In this document: positions 40,260 through 51,900 of the stretch, one piece after another
Layout of the letters: each line of letters begins with the position of its first letter
Position numbering within the stretch: position 1 is the first letter of the stretch
NCBI GenBank assembly: GCA_002269645.1
Contig: NIVC01001430.1
Span: 186,001 to 250,000 of the forward strand
Direction: 5' to 3'
From: Macrostomum lignano
Taxonomy: Eukaryota
Length of the DNA: 64,000 nt
Notes under the pieces: model-generated
Seen by the model: the letters and a program-made list of their open reading frames with translations, nothing else
Databases searched by the model: none
Told to the model about the DNA's origin: nothing
Translations under genes and position numbers: made by a program

Positions 40260-43105
40260 ATCTTTTTTGTCAGAATTGAAATTGTTAGAAAAATTGTCAG
40301 AACCAACTTTGTCGATCAGGTTTGACATTGTCAGACTGAACATTTTCAGAAGATTTGTCAGAATCAACATTGTCAGAAGATTTGTCAGAATCATCATTGT
40401 CAGAAGATTGGTCGAAATCAACACTGTCAGAAGATTGGTCAGAATCAACATTGTCAGAAGATTTGTCAGAATCATCATTGTCAGAAGATTGGTCGGAATC
40501 AACACTGTCAGAAGATTGGTCAGAATCAACATTGTCAGAAGATTGGTCAGAATCAACATTGTCAGAATCAACATTGTCAGAAGATTGGTCAGAATCAACA
40601 TTGTCAGAAGATTGGTCAGAATCAACATTGTCAGAATCAGCATTGTCAGAATCAACATTGTCAGAAGATTGGTCAGAATCAACACTGTCAGAATAAACAC
40701 TGTCAGAAGATTGGTCAGAATCAACACTGTCAGAAGATTGGTCAGAATCAACATTGTCAGAATCAACATTGTCAGAAGATTGGTCAGAATCAACATTGTC
40801 AGAATCAACATTGTCAAAAGATTGGTCAGAATCAACATTGTCAGAAGATTGGTCAGAATCAACATTGTCAGAATCAACATTGTCAGAAGATTGGTCAGAA
40901 TCAACATTGTCAGAAGATTGGTCAGAATCAACATTGTCAGAATCAGCATTGTCAGAATCAACATTGTCAGAATCAGCATTGTCAGAATCAACATTGTCAG
41001 AAGATTGGTCAGAATCAACATTGTCAGAATCAGCATTGTCAGAATCAACATTGTCAGAAGATTGGTCAGAATCAACACTGTCAGAATATTGGTCAGAATC
41101 AACACTGTCAGAAGATTGGTCAGAATCAACATTGTCAGAATCAACATTGTCAGAATCAGCATTGTCAGAATCAACATTGTCAGAAGATTGGTCAGAATCA
41201 ACACTGTCAGAATCAACACTGTCAGAAGATTGGTCAGAATCAACACTGTCAGAAGATTGGTCAGAATCAACATTGTCAGAATCAACATAGTCAGAATCAA
41301 CATTGTCAGAATCAACATTGTCAGAATCAACATTGTCAGAATCAGCATTGTCAGAATTAACATTGTCAGAAGATTGGTCAGAATCAACACTGTCAGAATC
41401 AACACTGTCAGAAGATTGGTCAGAATCAACACTGTCAGAAGATTGGTCAGAATCAACATTGTCAGAATCAACATTGTCAGAAGATTGGTCAGAATCAACA
41501 TTGTCAGAATCAGCATTGTCAGAATCAACATTGTCAGAAGATTGGTCAGAATCAACACTGTCACAATATTGGTCAGAATCAACACTGTCAGAAGATTGGT
41601 CAGAATCAACATTGTCAGAATCAACATTGTCAGAATCAGCATTGTCAGAATCAACATTGTCAGAAGATTGGTCAGAATCAACACTGTCAGAATCAACACT
41701 GTCAGAAGATTGGTCAGAATCAACACTGTCAGAAGATTGGTCAGAATCAACATTGTCAGAATCAACATAGTCAGAATCAACATTGTCAGAATCAACATTG
41801 TCAGAATCAACATTGTCAGAATCAGCATTGTCAGAATTAACATTGTCAGAAGATTGGTCAGAATCAACACTGTCAGAATCAACACTGTCAGAAGATTGGT
41901 CAGAATCAACACTGTCAGAAGATTGGTCAGAATCAACATTGTCAGAATCAACATTGTCAGAAGATTGGTCAGAATCAACATTGTCAGAATCAGCATTGTC
42001 AGAATCAACATTGTCAGAAGATTGGTCAGAATCAACACTGTCAGAATATTGGTCAGAATCAACACTGTCAGAAGATTGGTCAGAATCAACATTGTCAGAA
42101 TCAACATTGTCAGAATCAGCATTGTCAGAATCAACATTGTCAGAAGATTGGTCAGAATCAACACTGTCAGAATCAACACTGTCAGAAGATTGGTCAGAAT
42201 CAACACTGTCAGAAGATTGGTCAGAATCAACATTGTCAGAATCAACATAGTCAGAATCAACATTGTCAGAATCAACATTGTCAGAATCAACATTGTCAGA
42301 ATCAGCATTGTCAGAATTAACATTGTCAGAAGATTGGTCAGAATCAACACTGTCAGAATCAACACTGTCAGAAGATTGGTCAGAATCAACACTGTCAGAA
42401 GATTGGTCAGAATCAACATTGTCAGAATCAACATTGTCAGAAGATTGGTCAGAATCAACATTGTCAGAATCAACATTGTCAGAAGATTGGTCAGAATCAA
42501 CATTGTCAGAATCAACATTGTCAGAAGATTGGTCAGAATTAACATTGTCAGAAGATTGGTCAGAATCAATATTGTCAGAAGATTTGTCAGAATCAACATT
42601 GTCAGAATCAGCATTGTCAGAATCAACATTGTCAGAAGATTGGTCAGAATCAACATTGTCAGAAGATTAATCAGAATCAACATTGTCAGAAGATTGGTCA
42701 GAATCAACACTGTCAGAATCAACATTGTCAGAATCAGCATTGTCAGAATCAACACTGTCAGAAGATTGGTCAGAATCAACACTGTCAGAAGATTGGTCAG
42801 AATCAACATTGTCAGAATCAACATTGTCAGAATCAGCATTGTCAGAATCAACATTGTCAGAAGATTGGTCAGAATCAACACTGTCAGAATCAACATTGTC
42901 AGAATCAGCATTGTCAGAATCAACATTGTCAGAAGATTGGTCAGAATCAACACTGTCAGAAGATTGGTCAGAATCAACACTGTCAGAAGATTGGTCAGAA
43001 TCAACATTGTCAGAATCAACATTGTCAGAATCAACATTGTCAGAATCAACTTTGTCAGAATCAACATTGTCAGAATCAACTTTGTCAGAAGATTTGTCAG
43101 CAGCA
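40260..43105. repeat. Satellite of 15-bp and 12-bp monomers with 480-bp higher-order repeat
   Basis: Monomers gtcagaatcaacatt and gtcagaagattg. The rare variant 'aacatagtcag' recurs near 41285, 41765 and 42245 (ORF starts 41303, 41783, 42263). Confidence 0.95.
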
Positions 43106-44057
43106 ACATAGAAAATTAAGTAAAAAACGGATTGTCATGATCTACCTGAACACTATAAGTGACGACACTAACTGACAACAAATACGATCAGGCCTATCTA
43201 ACAATCTAACAACACGCCGATGAAAAGACAAAAGACAAGCAATTCTTTGTTAAATTTTGTAAATTTGTTTTTAAAAGAAACAGAGCCAGAGAACACGCGT
43301 GCCCACAAGTTTGGGGGCTTTTATATTTTTAAACACATTATTAATATTAACATGTATATGCATTTAATTATTAATTATGTATGAATTTCAACGAATTTAA
43401 AAAATGGTAGAGTCTGCAGCAGCAAAATTTGATTAATGATTCGGCATTGGGGGGGGGGGGGCATTCAGTTTGAATTATAAAAATTCAATTATTATTAAGT
43501 TTGTTAATCCGCACGGGAATTTAGAAAACAGGGGTAAATTTTAGGGACAATAAAAGTGAGAGGAAAATTCGTGGGGAGTTGACAGCAATGTACAGAATAT
43601 GCCAAATTTAGCATGCCTTTTACTATCGATACTTTCGGGCCTGATATAGAAAATTTAGGCGATTAAGTTATGTTTAAAAAATTATGTGACGATAAAATCA
43701 TAGAAATACAACAAACGTTGGTACAAGCAGAGCACATGATTCTTCTAGATAGCGCGTATAAATAAACACCGTATGTACATTGCTAATCATACTACTGCTG
43801 GCTAAGTAGTAGTAATTTTAGTAGCTGCAGACGCGGAGAGCGGAAAAATTCATCAACCTTAAATAGCTGAGAAAACATTAGTTTTCTAATTAATTAATAA
43901 CAAACATGATAAAAATGGCCAATTTGTACACATTTATAAGCAATCCTAATGTGCAACACACTGTATTTAGTTAGTTTGAATTTAATATTTTAGTAACACA
44001 GGCAGACCGACAGGGTTATTAATGCTGTTATGCTTTGTATAGGCATTTCGCGCACTA

Positions 44058-44418
44058 GTTGCCATGGTAACTCATATGTACGAGGGCGACTATCTGCTAA
44101 AATATGAGGACAGAAAAGTCATTGCTATGAAAACACTCCGTTGCTGAGGGGACCCTAGTTGCTATAGAAATTCTGGTTACTATGGAAACACTCCGTTGCT
44201 GAGGGAACCCTAGTTGCCATAGAAACTCTGGGGTTACTATGGAAACACTCCGTTGCTGGGGGAACCCTAGTTGCCATAGAAACTCTGGGGTTACTATGGA
44301 AACACTCCGTTGCTGAGGGAACCCTAGTTGCTATAGAAACTCTGGGGTTACTATGGAAACACTCCGTTGCTGAGGGAACCCTAGTTGCTATAGAAACCCT
44401 GGGGTTACTATGGAAACA
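44058..44418. promoter_or_regulatory. 57-bp tandem array of RFX X-box-like palindromes
   Basis: GTTGCCATGGTAAC at 44058; GTTACTATGGAAAC at 44176, 44233, 44290, 44347, 44404; GTTGCYATAGAAAC at 44213, 44270, 44327, 44384; GTTGCTGRGGGAAC at 44195, 44252, 44309, 44366. Confidence 0.5.
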
Positions 44419-44528
44419 CTAACCGATTACCAAACTCCTACACTTGTTTGATGCAACAGAAATTATTCTTTTGAAAAAAGTTAACAATCAATAAGCTATT
44501 TGTTACCTGATTAAGAAGCGCTCAGAGT

Positions 44529-45019
44529 GACTATGACTATGACTATGACTATGACTATGATAAGTGCTTCCGGCGCCTCAGCCTAAGTAAAAAGGCTCTT
44601 ACGCCACTAGAGATAAATAAGTTCCAGATTGGGAGTGTACTAATGTACACTTAAAGCCAAATTAGACTATAGAGGACTGTACAGGGCAGTATCAGAAAAA
44701 CCAAACCTCCCCGGGGGACAGTAGCGGTTCGACGAACCAGTCAGGAAGCCCGTGCCCACAAACCAGGTTAGAAGGCCCCCAAAGCCTATTAGAGATGGCC
44801 CGAAGGCCTAGAGCCGTGGCAACCATGCTGGTGCCGACCGCCCCTCTACCCCCGGGTACAAATCATAAACCTCCCCGAGGCCCGTGGGGGTTGAGAGAAC
44901 CAATCAGGGAAGCCCGTGCCTACTCCTGGGTTAGAAAAGCCAATGCCGGTCATTTGACCGCTCCCCACGGCCGTGGCAACCCGAAGGAGCCTCCCCCCCA
45001 ACTAAGCCTAAGCCCAACT
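44529..45019 (-). mobile_element. SINE-like/non-autonomous retroposon insertion with ~70-bp flanking direct repeat and (ATAGTC)n tail
   Basis: Direct repeats at 44460-44528 and 45020-45089; (GACTAT)5 at the left end; two diverged internal units at ~44704-44835 and ~44867-44992. Confidence 0.65.
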
Positions 45020-45923
45020 AAATTATTCTTTTGAAAAAAAGTTAACAATCAATAAGCTATTTGTTACCTGATTAAGAAGCGCTCAGAGTTAGCCAACATT
45101 AAAAAACCTGACTAAAGAACACAACAAAGTTAGCAGTCTTCAATTTTGCTAATATATCGCTACTGTAAGTAGTGCAATAGTACTATTAATAGTAGCTGGT
45201 AAGAATTTTAATCGATCAGGTGAAATAAGATAAATTACAAAATGATAATAAAAGGGCAGGCAGGTGAAATATACCTACAAACACATTAATAGCTAAGCAA
45301 TAATATTCATGATTAGTATACTTATTACATATATATAATCATATATTTTAAACAGACGCGCAAACTGACACTGGGCTTACAAAAATCGAGCTGCCATGAC
45401 ATGACGCAAGAGACACAGAGACACATAGAGAAGCCAACAGGATAAACGTTTCACGCACACATTTTAGAAGGCGTATCTCCTACTCATTAGTAGTTAGTTA
45501 GCAATAGTAAACACTGATTTATTACTTACTGGCTGTAATTGTAATTATAACCTTAATTTCTCCAGCTGACTACTAGACTATCTTAGCGAGGAAAGTAGCA
45601 TATTGAGGTTATTCGGTGAAAAAGTGAATTATAATAAGAAAAAAAATTACCTGAAGGCGCCAGTAAAGGTTAGAATCCGCGCTAACTAACTATTCTATTT
45701 TGAAAATACGTATTGTTATTAATACAATAAGAACATTATAATAGAGGCCTAAATGTATGTATGCATTAAAAAAACAAACAAACAAGAACAAACAAAACCG
45801 CCAATTGAATACAAGCGATTTATTTTCCAAGGGAGATTTAGGGCGAATATATAAGAAATACAACAGCAAACTGACAGTAAGCTACAAACACAAGATGGAC
45901 CGAATAAAGCTACAAGAATCTAA

Positions 45924-48900
45924 TCATAGGCCACCGGCCAGGAACTGCTGATGCGACCGAAGCTGCAGCACCGAGGTTGTCGGGCCGTGCGACTGCGGCG
46001 GCTGCTGCTGCTGCTGACCGGAAGTAGAAGCCGGAGTGGCCAGATTTTCTGCCGGCGGCATCATCTGATCTCGGCGGGAGCGTTTCACTGCGGTTGACAC
46101 CGCCTGCGGCCCGCCGGCGCCCGCCGCCGACTGGATGGACGTTGACGCCGCCGCAGCCGCAGTGGCTCCGGGGCTCGGCGCAACGGCCGAAGCCTGTCCT
46201 TGCCCGCCGCCCATCGATGGCGTCATGGACGAGTCTCGCTGACGTTTTGGCCGTCCGCGTTGTCCGGAGCCCCGGCCGGGACCGCCGCCAACAACCGAAC
46301 CAGTCGCTCCGCTGATCGAACCTTCAGCGCCGCCGCCGTCTGGGCTCTCCAAAGATGACAGGTAATAAATCAAACTCTGCCATTGCGGACCAAGGCCGTT
46401 AGTGCGGACCTGCCAACCGGTGCGCAACCATTGAGCCAGCTGGGCCTTGTCTTCGCGCAATAGTTTGTTCGAGAATTCCGCTAGCACGTCGAAGAAGGCG
46501 AGATTGTGCGGCGGGGCGGCTGCGGCCGGCGATGCCGGGTCCCAGTCGGCCAGCGCGAATTTGACGCCCTCCTCGTGTAGGCAGCGCATGAGCTCGCGGA
46601 CCTGGGGGAGGGGAGGGGTATTGGATGGATTGATTGAGATAATCCAGGTGTGAAATGGCACTTCCAGTATCCTAAATCAAGGAGTGAAATGGAACTTCCG
46701 GTATTCGAAATCCAGGAGTGAAATGGCACTTCCGGTATCCGAAATCCAGGTGTGAAATGGAACTTCCGGTATCCGAAATCCAAGAGTAAAATGGAACTTT
46801 CGGTATCCGAAATCCAGGAGTGAAATGGCACTTCCAGTATCCGAAATCCAGGAGTGAAATGGCACTTCCGGTATCCGAAATCCAGGAGTGAAATGGCACT
46901 TCCGGTATCCGAAATCCAGGAGTGAAATGGAACTTCCGGTATCCGAAATCCAGGAGTGAAGTGGCACTTCCGGTATCCGAAATCCAGGAGTGAAATGGAA
47001 CTTCCGGTATCCGAAATTAATCCAGGAGTGAAATGGCACTTCCGGTATCCGAAATCCAGGAGTGAAATGGAACTTCCGGTATCCGAAATCCAGGAGTGAA
47101 ATGGCACTTCCGGTATCCGAAATCCAGGAGTGAAATGGAACTTCCGGTATCCGAAATCCAGGAGTGAAATGGCACTTCCGGTATCCGAAATCCAGGAGTG
47201 AAATGGCACTTCCGGTATCCGAAATCCAGGAGTGAAATGGAACTTCCGGTATCCGAAATCCAGGAGTGAAGTGGCACTTCCGGTATCCGAAATCCAGGAG
47301 TGAAATGGAACTTCCGGTATCCGAAATTAATCCAGGAGTGAAATGGCACTTCCGGTATCCGAAATCCAGGAGTGAAATGGAACTTCCGGTATCCGAAATC
47401 CAGGAGTGAAATGGCACTTCCGGTATCCGAAATCCAGGAGTGAAATGGAACTTCCGGTATCCGAAATCCAGGAGTGAAATGGCACTTCCGGTATCCGAAA
47501 TCCAGGAGTGAAACGGAACTTCCGGTATCCGAAATCCAGGAGTGAAATGGCACTTCCGGTACCCTAAATCCAAGTGTAAAATGGCACTACCGGAACCCGA
47601 AATCAAGGTGTGAAATGGCACTTCAGAAATACACGAGATTCAGAATAACAAATTGGAATAGGAACTTCCAAGATTCAAGATGTGAACACACAATAGTATT
47701 AAAGTCAATATTAATAACGAATTATCACCTTTGCAGCGTCCAAACCGAAGCTCAGATTGAACCTGCGAGCCAAATCCTTGAGCGCAACAAAGCCAGGGGA
47801 GCCCCGATCGGAATTAGCCGGCAATTGACTAAACGCCTTCTGCAGCGTGGCCGCTATGCACAAAGTGGTCTCTCGTTTGTTAATCTCTTTGCACTTTTGC
47901 AGCGTAGTTTTCATAATATCGCCGAAATCGTTATAGAACCGAATGTAATGCACAAACATGTTACTAGCCAACTGTAATGGCACACAATTGTAGACGACTA
48001 ATTTAGCAAAACAGGCCAGGTGCGTGCGCCGATTGTGCAGCTCTTCAATTTTGGCGTCCTCGTCAGTGTCGGGGTCGTCTTCGACAAACACCCGACGCTG
48101 CATGAAGTGCACCAGACCGGATTGAAGGCCGGCGTCGGCGACGAACGAGACGACACCCGCCGGCTGCTGTCGATCCCCTGCTTGGCCGGCCACGGCCGGT
48201 TCGTTGTGCCTGCTAAACACCACTAGTAAGTCGCAGATTGATACATAAGCTTCCGTTGCTATCGACTTCTCGTCGTGCGACAGGTAAGCGGTGGTCACCT
48301 TTGATTGCAGGTGGGTGGGGGTGGCATGAGACTATGTACAGATCTAGGCTATAGTAAGTACAATATATATCCACTTGTAGATATTCTAGATTTACCCTGT
48401 AGACATTTCAGATCTATCTTTAGATATTCCAGTTCTATCTATAGATATTCCACATATATTTGTCGGGTTTCCGGATGTGCCAGTGGATAATTTAGATCTA
48501 ACGGTAGATATCTGTAGATATTCTTGATCTATCTGTAGATATTCTTGATCTATCTGTAGATATTCTTGATCTATATGTAGATATTCTTGATCTATCTGTA
48601 GATATTCTTGATCTATCTGTAGACGTTCTTGATCTATCTGTAGATGTTATCGATCTATCTGTAGATGTTATCGATCTATCTGTAGATATTATCGATCTAT
48701 CTGTAGATATTCTTGATCTATCTGTAGATATTCTTGATCTATCTGTAGATATTATCGATCTATCTGTAGATATTATCGATCTATCTGAAGATATACTTGA
48801 TCTATCTGTAGATATTCTTGATCTATCTGTAGATATTCTTGATCTATCTGTAGATATCCTAGAGTTGAACTGCAGAAGTGTTAGTTATACAAAGTTGTAG

Positions 48901-51900
48901 ATTGAAGCATGCTACAAAATATTTATGCATACTACTTCTGACTAAGAATCAGTAATACTAGATGTAACCTAAACTCGGAATTCTTAAACAATCTATAAAA
49001 ACAAAAAGGCAGTACCTGAAAAAACAGCTCAACGCATTTCTTCAAATCTTTCTGCTCATTCTTATCCGGTTGGCCCTCCTTCATCTGGCGATACTGCTGC
49101 CAGAACAGCGCAAAATAGGCGCAGCCGATGCCTCTGGCGACAACTTCTTCGTAATAGAACGGTCGCTCCTGAGCTGATCGGAATATGGTTAACAGACTGA
49201 TCCACAGGTCCCACGAGGTCAGGTCGTGATAAGAATAGAATGCAAATATTCTTTTCAAAGCTGACACCAGGGCATATTTGTCGTCTTCGTCTGGTCGTTC
49301 CTCTTGAAAATAGTTGAGATAGGCCTGCTTATAGGATTCTACTAGTCTGTCAATCAAGGTGCTGAGCACGGCAAGGCATTTGCTGCCAATCTGCAGCTCC
49401 TCCTGGGTTAGGGACTCGAATACTCGAGCAAACGATAGCAGCACCTCGGTTTCAGTGTGCTTCACAATGGACTCCTGCATGTACTTGAGCAGCAGGTCCA
49501 GATGCTTCTCCTGGCGAGTGCTAACGAACATGTCCAAGTCCATGTACTGCACAAGCGACAGCAGGTTTAACATTTTGCCTGTGTCTTCGCCGTATTTGAG
49601 AATAAGCTGAGCTAGAGTTGGAATCAGGTGCTCAGTTAGCCTCTGCTTGTCCTCTTGCACCTGGAGACAATAGTTAATAATAGGGATCGTGCGATTAGAA
49701 AACAGGCCAAGCTCATTGGGTGTAAAATATCATCAAAACCTGTCGAGTTTTGAAAAAAATAGTGTTAAAGATCCCTAAAAATATTAAACTTTACAATTAA
49801 CTATCAACGATCAATGCTTGAAATGCCTATCTCAATCCCAAGAAAGTTCCTATGTTGACAGGCGAGTGTAAAAAATCTCCTAAAATCCCTATTTTGACAC
49901 CTCAATTGTAAAATATCCCTAAAAATCCCCATTATGACATCCTAACTGGAAAAAATCCTTAGAATCCCCATTTCGACACCCTAATTGTAAAATATTCCCT
50001 AGAATCCCTATTTGACACCTTAATTGTAAAATATTCCCTAGAATCCTTGTTTTGACACCTCAATTGTAAAAAAATCCCCTAAAATCTCCATTTCGACACC
50101 CTAATTGTAAAAAATCCCAATTTCGACTGCAATTGCAAGTCAACTCCCTCAGACGCACCTGTCGCATCTCGCGATTAGTCAACTGCTTCCGACTGGCCTG
50201 CCTACCAACCGGACTCTCGCCGGTGGCGGCCTGACGCGCACAGCAGGCTAGAATTTCAATTAGCGACGATTCCTGCAGATCACCTAGCGGCTCTTCGCCT
50301 CGACCTGGCTCCTCCAACAGCAGGTCGATCATGGCCTCCCAGTCGCGCAGCATGTCGTTAATGTCGAAGAAACTATCAACTAAATAAGCGGCGTGTTCGT
50401 TTAATTCGGACTCAATAAAGAACTGGACTAGATCGCGCAATAGCACAGTGTTCTGGCTGCGCTTTTTGCCTTTCTTAGTGCGCAACTGCGGCGCGTGTTC
50501 GTCTAGTTGGAACAGTTTCAAATTCAAGAACTCGGCGGCTGCTACGGCCAACGGTCGGTGGCTTGAGTACACTAGCTCGTAGATATTCTCGGCGTCTTTG
50601 TCGTCAAGAATCCGATCGAGATTGCGCAGCATACAGGTGACGCAGCGAACAGCTTCAACGGCAACTTCGCTATCTTTGTCTAGCGTCATGTCTAATATGC
50701 GCGATTTAAACCGGCTGCTGAACAGCTCCAGCTTGTTAACAGCGTTCGGATCTTCATAGAGCGGCTGCAACGATTTCAGACAGGTTAATCGAACCTCCGA
50801 CACTCGATCGTACAGAGTCCAGCCTACGTATTTTAAATAGGAATCCTCCAAGAATACGTTTGGCATCTTTTTCATCCACTGGCCAATCTCTTGGATGCAA
50901 ATAGTGCGAATCTCGGCCTGCGAGTCTCTGTACCGATGGATAAAGACTCCTTTGAACAGGTAGGTGATCATAGTTTTAATCTCTTCAAGATTCTCCTGCA
51001 GCTTCTGTCGATTCTTTAACAGGCCGTCTAGACGATCGTGTGCGCGCCGATTCTGCGCTTTCAATCGTTCGGCGTCGTATTGACGCTGCGTGTTGTCAAG
51101 ATTGATTGACACGCTTAGGGACACTTCAACAAGGGCTGTGACTAACTTCACAGCTGCCAGGGTGCTTGTGTGACGAAATGCTCGCACCTGAGAATCGGTT
51201 AAACCAGTTAGCAACGAGATCACAGTGTCAGTCATGAACTGATCATAGATGACGCTATACTGGCACTGCCGAATCAGTATAGTGATGAAGTCAACAAAGC
51301 TGGACCGGAATTTGCGCCAAACTGGCCCGGTCATGATTAGCGGATACTCGCCGCTATCCTCGTCGAATTGTTCCGTCATTTTGCGAATAATCTCGGCGTA
51401 GCTATCGTTAAGGTACATCTGCATAGTGATGCGACCTTTGCAGCCGCTGCTGCTAATAAAAAACTGCAATAGTCTAACAAGAGCGGCGTCTCTATCCTGC
51501 TTGTACTGCTGGATCCATTCGTCTGCAATCTGTTGCAGAGCGCCACGGCCCTGCTTGATAATAGCAAACAGTGAGCTGTCCTCGTCTTCGAGTTCGTGCG
51601 GTCGGGGACCGCGCCTAGCCCGTTTAGCGCCAGAAGGGGTGGCGCCGGCGCCCATGCCGCCTACAACGCCAACGGCTGTGTTGGTGGTGGCAGCCAGTGT
51701 TGGACCGGAGGGTTGGCTTAGCTCAACCTGCAACCATTTAGTTAAATATCTATCGTCAGTTATGGTTCATAATTATTGTTAAAACTTGGCACTAAACACT
51801 TAAATGCAACAAGAGAACATGAAAAAATTGTATCTATGAGTTATAGTAGATGTGCTATTGATATTCATACAGCTGTTTGTTTAGAAAATTAAGATTTTAT

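Noticed and set aside
44704-44992. HDV-like, twister or tRNA/B-box fold for the duplicated unit
   Set aside because: The L3-like UCCCCG(A/G) and GCCAAUGCCGGUC resemblances lack matching P1/P2 partners or the twister UCCYAAG loop, and the A/B boxes are incomplete. It is kept only as an unknown structured-RNA candidate.
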